Assembly: GCA_043778255.1 (NCBI GenBank)
Contig: JAYWGN010000054.1
Span: 73,613-137,612 of the forward strand
Reading direction: 5' to 3'
Length of the DNA: 64,000 bases
DNA from: Chitinophagaceae bacterium
GTDB lineage: Bacteria > Bacteroidota > Bacteroidia > Chitinophagales > Chitinophagaceae
Below are positions 39,803-50,118 of the stretch, one piece after another (position 1 is the first letter of the stretch; each line of letters begins with the position of its first letter). Under the pieces are notes generated by a model. The model made no database searches. It saw only the letters and a list, made by a program, of their open reading frames with translations, and was not told where the DNA came from. A program made the position numbers and the translations under genes.

Positions 39803-40894
39803 ATGAAAGTAGTTTCATTTTTTGCAGGTGCAGGTGGTCTTGATTTAGGATTTGAAAAAGGTGGCTTTGATGTAGTCTGGGCAAATGAATATGATAAAGA
39901 AATATGGGAAACCTATGAAAAAAATCATAAAAATACAATCTTAGATAGGCGTTCAATTGTTGATATACCTTCCTCTGATGTTCCTGATTGCGATGGAATC
40001 ATTGGTGGCCCACCTTGTCAAAGTTGGTCTGAAGCTGGTTCTAAAAAGGGTATAGCCGATAAAAGAGGTCAGTTATTTTATGAGTTTATGAGAATTCTTG
40101 CTGATAAGAAACCTAAATTCTTTCTTGCAGAAAATGTATCAGGTATGTTGTTGCCTGCACATAAAGAAGCATTATCTAACATAAAACAAATGTTTCAAGA
40201 TATTGGTTATACTTTGTCTTTTCAATTATTAAATGTGTCTGACTTTGGAGTGCCACAAGATAGAAAAAGAGTTTTTTTTATTGGTTATAGAAATGATTTA
40301 AAATTAAGTTTTCAATTTCCATTACCTACAACTTTAGAAAATAAAATAACTTTAGAAAAGGCAATAGGAGATTTAAAAGATACTGTCTTACCTGCAAAAG
40401 AAAATAATTTAACAAATGGCAATGAATGTAGAGTAGCTAACCATGAATATATGATTGGTGGCTTTTCTTCAATCTTTATGTCCCGTAATAGAGTTCGTTC
40501 TTGGGACGAAGTTTCATTTACAATTCAAGCTGGTGGTCGTCATGCACCGATACACCCACAAGCACCTAAGATGAAATTTATTGAGCAAAATCTTCGTGAA
40601 TTTGTGAAAGGAAAAGAAGACTTATATCGTCGCCTTTCTGTTAGAGAGTGTGCAAGAATTCAAACTTTTCCTAACAGTTTTATTTTTCATTATAAAAGTG
40701 TTGTTGCTGGTTACAAAATGATTGGCAATGCAGTTCCTGTTCGTATGGGTAAGGTTTTAGCAAGTAAAATTTTTAATGATTTATCAAATATAAAAGTTGA
40801 GAAAAAAGAAGTTAAAATTATAAAATCAAATTTCCTCAATGGTCATACAGTTCGTGAAAGAATGCTTGAAATTGTAAATGCAGTAGCCCAATAA
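39803..40894 (+). CDS. DNA (cytosine-5)-methyltransferase, M.HaeIII-like (GGCC-family by similarity from memory)
   Basis: Motif I FFAGAGGLDLGF, motif IV GGPPCQSWS, ENV, QDRKRVFFIGY, GNAVPV. Long collinear similarity to M.HaeIII as I recall it (CDGIIGGPPCQSWSE.GS..G..D.RG.LFYE..RIL, NHEY.IG..S.IFMSRNRVR.W.E..FT.QA.GR...HPQAP.M, LYRRL.VRECAR.Q.FP..FIFHY.S...GYKMIGNAVPV). Confidence 0.9.
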   Translation: MKVVSFFAGAGGLDLGFEKGGFDVVWANEYDKEIWETYEKNHKNTILDRRSIVDIPSSDVPDCDGIIGGPPCQSWSEAGSKKGIADKRGQLFYEFMRILADKKPKFFLAENVSGMLLPAHKEALSNIKQMFQDIGYTLSFQLLNVSDFGVPQDRKRVFFIGYRNDLKLSFQFPLPTTLENKITLEKAIGDLKDTVLPAKENNLTNGNECRVANHEYMIGGFSSIFMSRNRVRSWDEVSFTIQAGGRHAPIHPQAPKMKFIEQNLREFVKGKEDLYRRLSVRECARIQTFPNSFIFHYKSVVAGYKMIGNAVPVRMGKVLASKIFNDLSNIKVEKKEVKIIKSNFLNGHTVRERMLEIVNAVAQ

Positions 40895-40897
40895 ATT

Positions 40898-41869
40898 ATG
40901 CCAAAAGAAGCCAAACAAACTAAGACTGGTAAAGCATTTGAATTTGCTTTGCTTAATTTATTTTTAGAACGTTTAGAAATTAAAACTTCTGTTACTGTTG
41001 TCAAAAATGAACCTTATAAAACAGCAAAAAAATGTTTTGAAAGTTTTAAGGAAACTGAAAAGGGCTTATACAATTTAAATGCAAGTTTTGCAGTAAATTT
41101 TCTTATTGATTTAGAACCTCGACTTTCTAATGGCATAAATAAGAATGATATTTTGCAACTTGAAATTGTTTCTGATAAGCAAGGTCAAATCGGCGATGTT
41201 AGAGATGTCTTAGCAATTCGGTCTTTACAAAAATGGGAGATAGGTATTTCTGCTAAAAATAATCACAGAGCTGTTAAACATTCTCGACTTTCAAACGATA
41301 TTAATTTCGGTGAAAAATGGCTTGGAGTTTCTTGTTCTCAAAATTATTTTGCTGAAATAAAACCAATATTTGAAGAGCTTGCAAAACTTAGAACTGCAAG
41401 TAAAGCAACACAAAAATGGTCAACTCTTGGAGACTATCATACTTCTGTTTATGTTCCAATATTAAATGCTTTCAAAAAAGAATTACTAAAGCTTGATAAT
41501 GAAAATTTAGAAACTGTTGCACAAAATTTAGTTCAATATCTAATTGGAAATCAAGATTTTTATAAAGTTATAAAAGGAAATAATAAAGTCGAAATTCAAG
41601 CCTATAATTTACATGGAACTTTAAATTTGGCTTTTGATAAAATAAAATCTAAAATTAAAGTCCCTAAATTAAAACTTCCCAACCGCTTAATCGAAGTGGT
41701 TTTTCAAGATAATTCGCAAACAACTTTGTTGGTTACTTTAAATGAAGGTTGGCAAATTTCTTTTCGTATTCATAATGCAAGTTCAAGGATTGAACCTTCT
41801 TTAAAGTTTGATATTAATTTAGTTTCTGCTCCGCATACACTTTTCGCAAATCATCTTACATTAGGTTAA
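40898..41869 (+). CDS. Putative Type II restriction endonuclease (cognate of M.HaeIII-like MTase)
   Basis: 323-aa ORF starting 4 nt after the MTase stop, same strand, AT-rich, no housekeeping motifs; operon position typical of an R subunit. Confidence 0.45.
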   Translation: MPKEAKQTKTGKAFEFALLNLFLERLEIKTSVTVVKNEPYKTAKKCFESFKETEKGLYNLNASFAVNFLIDLEPRLSNGINKNDILQLEIVSDKQGQIGDVRDVLAIRSLQKWEIGISAKNNHRAVKHSRLSNDINFGEKWLGVSCSQNYFAEIKPIFEELAKLRTASKATQKWSTLGDYHTSVYVPILNAFKKELLKLDNENLETVAQNLVQYLIGNQDFYKVIKGNNKVEIQAYNLHGTLNLAFDKIKSKIKVPKLKLPNRLIEVVFQDNSQTTLLVTLNEGWQISFRIHNASSRIEPSLKFDINLVSAPHTLFANHLTLG

Positions 41870-41923
41870 TTCCCTTTACACAAATTTATTATTTATTCAT
41901 TAGTTTGTTTTTTCTTCTTGGTT

Positions 41924-43159
41924 TTATATATAAATCAAACACCCATCACCATAGCTTAAAAACCTATAGTCGTGTTGTAAAGCATAATCGTAAATATGCT
42001 GCCAATTATTATGTGTAGCAGCAGCTATTAATAATAATAAGGTTGACTTTGGTTGGTGAAAGTTAGTAATAATGGCCGAACAAATTTTAAAAGTATAACC
42101 AGGTACTATTAACAATTGTGTGGTGGTAGTAAGGCTAGTTAATTGGTTATGCTGTAGCCATAGTAGTAAACTTTCTAAGGCTTCATATTTGGTATATTGT
42201 TGTGGTAGTTCGTAGCAATCCCATTGTTTAATGTGTAGCTCATCGGGTGTTATATTTTTATTTGCAATAGTATATACCCCAAGCCAGTAAAGGCTTTCAA
42301 GGGTACGTAGGCTGGTAGTGCCTACTGCTGTTATGGGTTGGTTGGTGAGTAAGTTTTGTATAAGCAAGGCGGTTACTTGTATATATTCTTGGTGCATTGC
42401 ATGCTCTTGCATGGTGGTACTTTGTACAGGTTTAAATGTGCCAGCACCTACATGTAATGTTATATATTGGCTACTAATATTTTTGCTTTGCAAAGCAGTA
42501 AATATATGTGGTGTAAAATGCAAACCCGCTGTGGGTGCTGCTACCGAGCCATTATGGGCTGCATATATTGTTTGGTATCGTGTAGTATCTGCAGGGTTAG
42601 TGTTACGTTTAATATAAGGTGGCAAAGGCATATTGCCAGCTACCTCAAGTATAGTGGCAAAGCTGTGTGTGGTATGCCAAGTTAAGTTTATTATAAAGTA
42701 GTTTTCAATAGTATTTTCTATACTTGCCGTTAGCTCTATTTCGGTATTTTCTACTATTATTTTTTTATGCAAATGGGTGGCTTTCCATTTGTTAGCTCCG
42801 CCCACAAAGCATTTAACCAATATACTATGCTGCTGCTCCATAGCTAATGCAATGGGTATATTGTAGGCCTCTAGTACAAATATTTCAATAGTACCACCCG
42901 TTGCTTTGGTAAATAATAACCTTGCTTGTATTACTTTAGTATTGTTGAATACTAGCAAACTATTATTGGGCAAATGGTCAGCAATATTTTTGTAAATAGT
43001 TTCGCTAATTACTTCATTATGGTACACCAATAATTTGGATGCATCTCGCTCTGCTAAGGGTTCAAAGGCAATTTTATGATCGGGTAAGTTGTAGGTATAA
43101 TCGGTTATTTTTATTGCTTTTGGTTGCATAACAAAGTAGTAATTTTGTACAAATTTAAA
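41924..43159 (-). CDS. queA: S-adenosylmethionine:tRNA ribosyltransferase-isomerase
   Basis: Start placed at MQPKAIKITDYTYNLP (the ORF-track 5' extension overlaps pdxJ and is rejected); QueA motifs MPLPPYIKR and GTTSLRTLES. Confidence 0.85.
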   Translation of the reverse strand, partial: FKFVQNYYFVMQPKAIKITDYTYNLPDHKIAFEPLAERDASKLLVYHNEVISETIYKNIADHLPNNSLLVFNNTKVIQARLLFTKATGGTIEIFVLEAYNIPIALAMEQQHSILVKCFVGGANKWKATHLHKKIIVENTEIELTASIENTIENYFIINLTWHTTHSFATILEVAGNMPLPPYIKRNTNPADTTRYQTIYAAHNGSVAAPTAGLHFTPHIFTALQSKNISSQYITLHVGAGTFKPVQSTTMQEHAMHQEYIQVTALLIQNLLTNQPITAVGTTSLRTLESLYWLGVYTIANKNITPDELHIKQWDCYELPQQYTKYEALESLLLWLQHNQLTSLTTTTQLLIVPGYTFKICSAIITNFHQPKSTLLLLIAAATHNNWQHIYDYALQHDYRFLSYGDGCLIYI

Positions 43160-43169
43160 GCATATAAGC

Positions 43170-43910
43170 ATGACAAAATTATCGGTTAATATAAATAAAT
43201 TTGCCACCTTACGTAATGCCCGTGGGCATAATAACCCTAACTTATTGCAAGTAGCAAAAGATATTGAAGCCTTTGGTGCCGATGGTATAACGGTGCACCC
43301 TCGCCCCGATGAAAGGCATATACGATACCAAGATGTGTTGGACTTAAAAAACATTATTACCACCGAGTTTAACATTGAGGGTAATTGTACCGAAAGCAAA
43401 TTTGTAGATTTAGTACTACTTACCAAACCCACACAAGTAACCTTAGTACCCGATGCATTAGGGCAACTCACCAGCAACCACGGTTGGGATACTGTTACAC
43501 ACCAAAAGTACTTGCAACAAATGATTCAACTTTTTAAAAATGAAGGGATACGAACTTCCATATTTTGCGAAGCAAATACTGAAATGATACAAGCTGCATT
43601 GGACACTGGTACTGAAAGGGTAGAGTTATATACCGAGGCTTATGCTGTTGCTTATAATAATTCAAACTGTACTAACACTGCCGATGCAGGTGTATTACAA
43701 CAATTTGTAAGTGCAGCTAACTTAGCTACCCAATTAGGTATTGGGTTAAATGCAGGGCATGATTTGGATAGGCAAAATCTACACTTTTTTTTAAAAAATG
43801 TACCCAATATTAGTGAGGTTAGTATAGGGCATGCATTGGTATGCGATGCCATATATTATGGGTTAGAAAACACCGTGCAATTATATAAGTCCAAAACTGT
43901 TTTTTATTAA
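43170..43910 (+). CDS. pdxJ: Pyridoxine 5'-phosphate synthase
   Basis: 246 aa; NINKFATLRNARG...GADGITVHPRPDERHI canonical PdxJ motifs. Confidence 0.9.
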   Translation: MTKLSVNINKFATLRNARGHNNPNLLQVAKDIEAFGADGITVHPRPDERHIRYQDVLDLKNIITTEFNIEGNCTESKFVDLVLLTKPTQVTLVPDALGQLTSNHGWDTVTHQKYLQQMIQLFKNEGIRTSIFCEANTEMIQAALDTGTERVELYTEAYAVAYNNSNCTNTADAGVLQQFVSAANLATQLGIGLNAGHDLDRQNLHFFLKNVPNISEVSIGHALVCDAIYYGLENTVQLYKSKTVFY

Positions 43911-44149
43911 AATACAAAATTTTTATATTTTTATTTTTTGCAATTTACTTACAGTGTTGGTAAGCTAATATTTGCTATACTTAATAGCGTAACTGTTACT
44001 AGCAAAGTGATTAGCGGCAACTTAGGCATTTTTCAAAAGTAACATTTATATGACAATACTATAAAACCAAATGTTAACTGCTTTCGTAATTTTAATTGTG
44101 GCATAGTATTTGTTACACACTTTTTTTTGAACATTAAAACAATAAAATT

Positions 44150-44830
44150 ATGAAAAAAATTATGACAGGATTAATGCTATTTTTTAGCTTAAATGCAACA
44201 GTAGCACAAACATTTTTGGTAGGTGGTGCTAACCTCGGAGGCATTACTAAAGATGGTGGTGGTAATACAGAAGATAACAATTTTTTACTATCATTCAATG
44301 CAGGGTTATTACACCGATTTAATATTTCAAATAACGTAAACTTAGAGTCAGGTGTATTAATAACAGGTAAAGGTGCCAAAGCTGAAACATACTTTAATGG
44401 TGGCAATGATTATGTAAAGTCAACCTTTAACCCTATATATGCCGAAATTCCGTTAAATGCAGTATTGAAAGTTAGTAGCAAAAAAGGTAGTGGTGTGTTT
44501 GTACATGCAGGACCATACCTAGCAGTTGGTGTGGCGGGCAAATCTAAGGTTGATAGTAAACTAGGTTTATTTACATCGAGTAGCAACAAAAGTATTCAGT
44601 TTAGTAACGATGATCCATTTACATCGCAACAGGATGATGCCAATTATAACAAACTTAAGCGATTTGACTATGGTTTAAACTTTGGTGCAGGATTTGAGTT
44701 AGGTAAAACCTTACTACGAGTTAACTACGGCTTGGGCTTAGCCAAAATAAACTCAACCGAAAGTAATAATAATGTAGATGATAAAAATAAATTAAGAACT
44801 TACTCTTTGTCAATTGCATTTCCCCTATAA
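44150..44830 (+). CDS. Outer-membrane beta-barrel protein (OmpW/porin-like)
   Basis: 226 aa; signal peptide; alternating beta-strands; C-terminal ...YSLSIAFPL. Confidence 0.5.
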   Translation: MKKIMTGLMLFFSLNATVAQTFLVGGANLGGITKDGGGNTEDNNFLLSFNAGLLHRFNISNNVNLESGVLITGKGAKAETYFNGGNDYVKSTFNPIYAEIPLNAVLKVSSKKGSGVFVHAGPYLAVGVAGKSKVDSKLGLFTSSSNKSIQFSNDDPFTSQQDDANYNKLKRFDYGLNFGAGFELGKTLLRVNYGLGLAKINSTESNNNVDDKNKLRTYSLSIAFPL

Positions 44831-44844
44831 CAAATACAAAAATT

Positions 44845-44881
44845 AATGCATAACAAATTATGTAATAATTTGTTATGCATT
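44845..44881. other. Perfect 17-bp palindrome (aatgcataacaaattat-gta-ataatttgttatgcatt)
   Basis: Perfect inverted repeat 15 nt after the stop of the 44150-44830 gene; strong hairpin or operator without a T-run. Confidence 0.6.
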
Positions 44882-44945
44882 ATAACATCCGAATAATAGC
44901 GCAACAAACTCTTTTTTTTTAAATCCAATATCTAACTTATTTATA

Positions 44946-45488
44946 ATGCCAACAAAGAACAATTTAAGTATAACCCTTGGGGCAGGCTGCTTTTGGTGTG
45001 TAGAGGCAGTGTTTCAACAATTAAAAGGCGTAACCAAAGTATTAAGTGGCTACACTGGTGGCCACATTATTAACCCTACTTACGACGATATATGTAGTAA
45101 ACAAAGTGGGCATGTGGAGGTATGCCAAGTTCATTACAATGCCGATGAGGTAACATTAGCGGAAATACTAGAAGTATTTTGGCTTACACATGACCCTACA
45201 ACGCTAAACCAACAAGGTGCCGATGTAGGGCCCCAGTACCGTAGTGTAATATTTTATAATAATGATAAGGAAAAAGAAATTGCTGAAACATTGAAATTAC
45301 AATTAAACCAAAGTGGTGCATTTGCCAAAGGTATTGTAACTGCTATTGAGCCCGTTTCAACATTTTATACTGCCGAAACTTACCATCAAAATTATTATAT
45401 TAACAACCCTAACCAAGGCTACTGTTATTATGTAATTAAGCCGAAGTTAGAAAAGTTTCATAAAGTATTTGCCAATAAAGCAAAATAA
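44946..45488 (+). CDS. msrA: Peptide methionine sulfoxide reductase A
   Basis: 180 aa; active-site GAGCFWCVEAVF. Confidence 0.9.
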   Translation: MPTKNNLSITLGAGCFWCVEAVFQQLKGVTKVLSGYTGGHIINPTYDDICSKQSGHVEVCQVHYNADEVTLAEILEVFWLTHDPTTLNQQGADVGPQYRSVIFYNNDKEKEIAETLKLQLNQSGAFAKGIVTAIEPVSTFYTAETYHQNYYINNPNQGYCYYVIKPKLEKFHKVFANKAK

Positions 45489-45509
45489 AAATTACTGTAT
45501 TAAACAAGA

Positions 45510-45540
45510 AAAACCCTTTAAGTGAAAGGGTTTTTTTTTG
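45510..45540 (+). terminator. Rho-independent terminator after msrA (aaaccctttaagtgaaagggttt + T9)
   Basis: Stem plus T-run 22 nt after the stop. Confidence 0.8.
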
Positions 45541-45560
45541 TAACTGCAAAGTAATAAAAA

Positions 45561-46055
45561 TTATTTTGTACGTTTGAATAACATAATATATCCACATACT
45601 TCTTTCTTCTTTTTCTTATTTATTTGTACGGGTTTTATCATGTGGTATTCGCTAAATTTTGGGGCATATATATAGTCCAATATATTATCGTTTCGTCCAT
45701 CGGAATCAGTTATTCTATCATTTTTACTTTTCTGATATATAATTTGTTTCTCCTGCCAATCATACATTCTTAGTTCCAATAAACGGCTGCTTTCGTCGCC
45801 AATAAATACAACGTGGTACCAGCTACCGTCGTTAAGTGGCACTATTACAGGCATTTCGTATTCACTTTCCATTGCCATACTAGCTTCACGTATTACGGTA
45901 TATCCATCTTTAGCCATAGCTACTTTCACACTGTCTGCTTGTCTTTTTATGGCTACATTATCACAACTTTTTTGACGAATTACATCTTGTGCAGTGGCAC
46001 TATTTACACAAAGTGTAAAAGCTACTAGTAAGAATATAAAATTTTTGTTGTTCAT
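45561..46055 (-). CDS. Hypothetical secreted protein
   Basis: 164 aa; signal peptide MNNKNFIFLLVAFTLCVNSATAQ. Confidence 0.45.
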   Translation of the reverse strand: MNNKNFIFLLVAFTLCVNSATAQDVIRQKSCDNVAIKRQADSVKVAMAKDGYTVIREASMAMESEYEMPVIVPLNDGSWYHVVFIGDESSRLLELRMYDWQEKQIIYQKSKNDRITDSDGRNDNILDYIYAPKFSEYHMIKPVQINKKKKKEVCGYIMLFKRTK

Positions 46056-46292
46056 AATTATAAGTCAAAAGTAGTACCTATTATAAGCTAATCAAATAGT
46101 AGTAGTACTCCATATAACTATCATGTAGTTTTCAAATACAGTGCCAAATAAAGTACGATGTTGTTGCACAAAATACTATTAATTAGGTCAAAAAAGCTGC
46201 AAACAGTAAATTATTTAATAATATTTAGCATAATTATAATAATACAGTTATAATTACTATAAAATTATACTAAGTATAATAGCTTGTACAAC

Positions 46293-47057
46293 TTACGATT
46301 TGTAAAATGTAGTAGCGTTAGCCTGTTGTGTACAAGTTATATCTACATCGTTAATGCATACATGTGGTGGCAAAGTGGCGGTATAATATATTACATCGGC
46401 AATATCAACATCGGCTAATGCTTTGTAGCCATTGTATATGCTAGCTGCTGTAGTTGTATCGCCTTTAAACCGTACTAACGAAAATTCGGTTTCAGTAGCG
46501 CCAGGGTTAATGCAAGTAACTTTAATGCCATGCTGTACCAAATCAATACGTTGTGCTTTGCTTATAGCTACCACAGCATGTTTGGTGGCACAGTATACAT
46601 TTCCTTTTTCGTACACCTCTTTACCTGCTACCGAACCAATGTTAATTATATGCCCTTTGTGGTGCTGTATAAAGTAGGGTATTATAGCTTTACTTACATA
46701 CAGTAGTCCCTTTATATTAGTATCAATCATGGTTTCCCAATCATCTATATTTGCTGTATCAAACGCATCTCGGCCAAGGGCAAGGCCAGCATTATTAATA
46801 AGTACATCAATACTTTGCCATTCCTTTGGTAAGCTTTGCAAATGCTGTTGTACAGCAGTTTTGTCTTGCACATCAAAGCATAAGGTAAGGCAAGTGGTAG
46901 GGTATTTTTTTTGTAAAAATGTTTTTAACTCAGCCAATCTTTGTGCCCTACGGCCTGTAATAATTAGTTGCCAACCATTAGCAGCAAATAGGGTAGCACA
47001 AGCTTTGCCAATGCCCGATGTAGCACCTGTTATTAATACTATTTTTTTTGTACTCAT
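46293..47057 (-). CDS. SDR-family NAD(P)-dependent oxidoreductase (YdfG-like)
   Basis: 254 aa; TGATSGIG cofactor motif and catalytic YCATK. Confidence 0.85.
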   Translation of the reverse strand: MSTKKIVLITGATSGIGKACATLFAANGWQLIITGRRAQRLAELKTFLQKKYPTTCLTLCFDVQDKTAVQQHLQSLPKEWQSIDVLINNAGLALGRDAFDTANIDDWETMIDTNIKGLLYVSKAIIPYFIQHHKGHIINIGSVAGKEVYEKGNVYCATKHAVVAISKAQRIDLVQHGIKVTCINPGATETEFSLVRFKGDTTTAASIYNGYKALADVDIADVIYYTATLPPHVCINDVDITCTQQANATTFYKS

Positions 47058-47124
47058 TTATTTTATTTGTATAAAAATAAACAAACAATTGTAATTATTT
47101 TTGTTGAAAACATAATTAGCATTT

Positions 47125-47769
47125 ATGCAAATAAAATATACATTACTATTACTCCAATTACTAGCTACCACGGTTTACTGCCAAGTAAACACTATAAAAG
47201 CATATACAATTACTCAACCTTACTTTGATAGTTTGCAACTACATATAACTGGCAACAATTGGGCAACTTATTTAAATAATTCAACTAATGTAGCATTGTT
47301 AACAAATACTAGTAAACAAATAAATGCAATGCTAATAAAAAAGCCCCAGTTGAGTAACAATCCATTTATTGAGTGTATTTGGGATAGTGTAAATTATACC
47401 TACTCAGTTATAACTAACCAATACAATGCTGACACAGTATTTGCCATCAAAATTGATTACAGCCTCAATTTTGACCAGCACGAAAAGTATTGTATAAAAT
47501 GGTACAATACACTACTACAACAATTAAAAAAAGAGTACGAAAACACTTACAAAGGCGATAGTAATTCACCGTTAGGTTTTTCAAATGAGCAATACATTTT
47601 CCCATTTTATGAAGCTGCACTGAGCCGTAGCCTTGTGTTGGGCAATACTGATGACCCACTTAAAAAAATGCACCATATAACCATACAATTATACAAAAGC
47701 ACAGGTAGCAATCCTATACCAATATTTAGTAAGGGTGGTAAATGGTTTAAGAGAAAAGGTAAATTATAA
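47125..47769 (+). CDS. Hypothetical secreted protein
   Basis: 214 aa; signal peptide; no recognisable motif. Confidence 0.4.
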   Translation: MQIKYTLLLLQLLATTVYCQVNTIKAYTITQPYFDSLQLHITGNNWATYLNNSTNVALLTNTSKQINAMLIKKPQLSNNPFIECIWDSVNYTYSVITNQYNADTVFAIKIDYSLNFDQHEKYCIKWYNTLLQQLKKEYENTYKGDSNSPLGFSNEQYIFPFYEAALSRSLVLGNTDDPLKKMHHITIQLYKSTGSNPIPIFSKGGKWFKRKGKL

Positions 47770-47798
47770 AAGTTTTATTTTTTTTAGTAAAATAAGAT

Positions 47799-49697
47799 TT
47801 ACGCCATTTCACTCAACTCCAGCCATCGCATTTCTTTTGCATCTTGTAATTGTGTTATTTCGCCTATACGTTCACTAGCTTTTTGTAGGTTGGCAAAGTC
47901 AGTACCACCATTAGCTAATTGTGTAGTAAGGGTTTCTTTCTCAGTTTGCAATGCTGCTAACTCTTGCTGCAACAATTCAAATTCTCTTTTTTCTTTAAAG
48001 TTCATTCTTTGTATTGCTGTTGGCTTTGCTGCTGTTTTTGCCTCATCGGTTTTGCTTAGTATTGCTGGTTTTGTAGTAGCTTCTTCCATTCTGGTACTAC
48101 GTTCGGCATAGTTGCTGCTAAGCCTGTAATCACTATAATTGCCTGGAAAGTCGTTAATAACACCATTGCCCTCAAACACAAATAGATGGTCAACTAACCT
48201 ATCCATAAAGTACCTATCGTGGCTTACAATAAGTAGGCAACCTTGAAAGTCGCTTAAAAAATTTTCGAGTACGGCAAGTGTGGGCAAATCCAAATCGTTA
48301 GTAGGCTCATCGAGTATTAAGAAGTTAGGATTTTTAAACAATATACTCAACAAATGTAACCTTCGTTTTTCGCCACCACTAAGTTTGCTGATATAAGTAA
48401 ATTGCTTATCGGGTTCAAATAAAAATAGCTCCAAAAACTTACCTGCACTTAGGCTACTACCATCGGCCAACGGAAAATTTTCGGCTATATTTTTTACAAA
48501 TTCAATAACTCGCATATCTTCCTTTACTACCAAACCAGCTTGAGAGTAGTTGCCAAATACCACAGTATCGCCATGGTTAACCTTACCGCTATCGGGCATT
48601 TCAAGCCCTTGGGCTATATTAATAAAAGTACTTTTGCCAGCACCGTTTTTACCAATTACACCAACCCTTTCGCCACGGTTAAATGTATAATCAAATCCGT
48701 TTAATATTTTTTTGTCGCCAAAGCTTTTATATACTTTTTTCATTTCTATAACCTTACCACCAAGCCTATTCATTTTCATTTGTAGTTGTACTTGGTTGTC
48801 TTCTATTCTTTTTTTGGCAATGGCTTCTATATCATAAAAGTTGTCTTGTCGGCTCTTACTCTTAGTAGTACGGGCTTTGGGTTGCTTACGCATCCATTCT
48901 AATTCTCGTCTGTAGCTGTTTTTAGCTTTATCTATATTAGCTTGTTCGTTTTCTATACGGGCAGCTTTTTTTTCCATATAGTTTTCATAATCACCTTTGT
49001 AAGTGTATAATGTGCTACGGTCAAGCTCCCATATTTCTTCACTTACAGCATCTAAAAAGTAACGGTCGTGGGTTACCAGTAGTAGTGTTATTTTTTCTTG
49101 GCTTAGGTAATGCTCTAGCCACTCTACCATTTCCACATCAAGGTGGTTGGTAGGTTCATCCATTATAAGTAGTATATGCTTATGCTCAAAGCCAATATCA
49201 ATAAGGGTTTTGGCTAATGCAATACGTTTTCGTTGCCCACCGCTTAGGGTATTTATAGGTTGGTCAAGGTGGTTTATTTTTAGCTTTTCTAGTATTTCTT
49301 TTACTTTAGCATCAAAGGTCCAGGCACCCATATCGTCCATAGCCACTATAGCATCCATAAGTTTGTCAGTATCTTCTTGTTCACTTACTAATTCATAATT
49401 TTTTATGGCATTTAATACGGGGTGGTCGTGGTCAAATATATTTTCAATTATTGTTGAGTTTTCGTCAAACTGTGGGTCTTGTTCAAATAAGGCAACAGTT
49501 ACATCTTTATGTATCCATACTTTGCCACTATCGGCATATTCTTGCCCAGCCAATATACGGAGTAGGGTACTTTTGCCATAGCCATTTTTGGCAATTATGG
49601 CTATTTTATCGCCTTCTTCTATATTAAAACTAATAGTATCAAACAATGGCTGTATTCCGTAGGCTTTGGTTAAATTTTCGACACTCAAATAATGCAT
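47799..49697 (-). CDS. ABC-F family ATPase (tandem ABC domains, no TMD)
   Basis: 632 aa; two Walker A sites (GKNGYGKST, GKNGAGKST), two LSGG signatures, inter-domain linker and a C-terminal coiled-coil. Confidence 0.85.
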   Translation of the reverse strand: MHYLSVENLTKAYGIQPLFDTISFNIEEGDKIAIIAKNGYGKSTLLRILAGQEYADSGKVWIHKDVTVALFEQDPQFDENSTIIENIFDHDHPVLNAIKNYELVSEQEDTDKLMDAIVAMDDMGAWTFDAKVKEILEKLKINHLDQPINTLSGGQRKRIALAKTLIDIGFEHKHILLIMDEPTNHLDVEMVEWLEHYLSQEKITLLLVTHDRYFLDAVSEEIWELDRSTLYTYKGDYENYMEKKAARIENEQANIDKAKNSYRRELEWMRKQPKARTTKSKSRQDNFYDIEAIAKKRIEDNQVQLQMKMNRLGGKVIEMKKVYKSFGDKKILNGFDYTFNRGERVGVIGKNGAGKSTFINIAQGLEMPDSGKVNHGDTVVFGNYSQAGLVVKEDMRVIEFVKNIAENFPLADGSSLSAGKFLELFLFEPDKQFTYISKLSGGEKRRLHLLSILFKNPNFLILDEPTNDLDLPTLAVLENFLSDFQGCLLIVSHDRYFMDRLVDHLFVFEGNGVINDFPGNYSDYRLSSNYAERSTRMEEATTKPAILSKTDEAKTAAKPTAIQRMNFKEKREFELLQQELAALQTEKETLTTQLANGGTDFANLQKASERIGEITQLQDAKEMRWLELSEMA

Positions 49698-49860
49698 AGC
49701 TGCAAAGGTACTTTAGCATTGTTAATTATCGTCTTTATTAATGTTTAAATAATTCTTTTTAATTATTTTTAGCTTTGCTTTAAAAGCTTTAGCTAATATT
49801 TTTATTTACAATAAATTATTTTCAATAGTGCTAACACAAATGGGCAAATATCAATTTCCT

Positions 49861-49910
49861 TAATTAGCACATTAGCATATTATCACATTAGCATATCATA
49901 TTTGCTAATT
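49861..49910. promoter_or_regulatory. Cluster of TTAGCA half-sites (three direct, one inverted) in the divergent ABC-F / ispD intergenic region
   Basis: taaTTAGCAcaTTAGCAtattatcacaTTAGCAtatcatatTTGCTAAtt. Confidence 0.35.
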
Positions 49911-50118
49911 ATATAGAACTTCCACTTTCTTAATGTGTATTCCACTGTAGTTAGGTCGCTCATATTTTTAAATACTAGTATCTCTAGTTGTTTGTCGTTG
50001 GTTGATTTGCTTTGGCAACTTATTAGGCTTGCTAAAAAAAATATCAAAATTTTGTTCATACTTAATTTTTAAAAAACTACTACAATGGTTACATTTACAA
50101 CCTTATACAATACAATAT

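Noticed and set aside
43160-43477. N-terminal 106-aa extension of the queA ORF (ORF track start 43477)
   Set aside because: The extension runs antisense through the first 300 nt of pdxJ. QueA homology begins at MQPKAIKITDYTY (43159).
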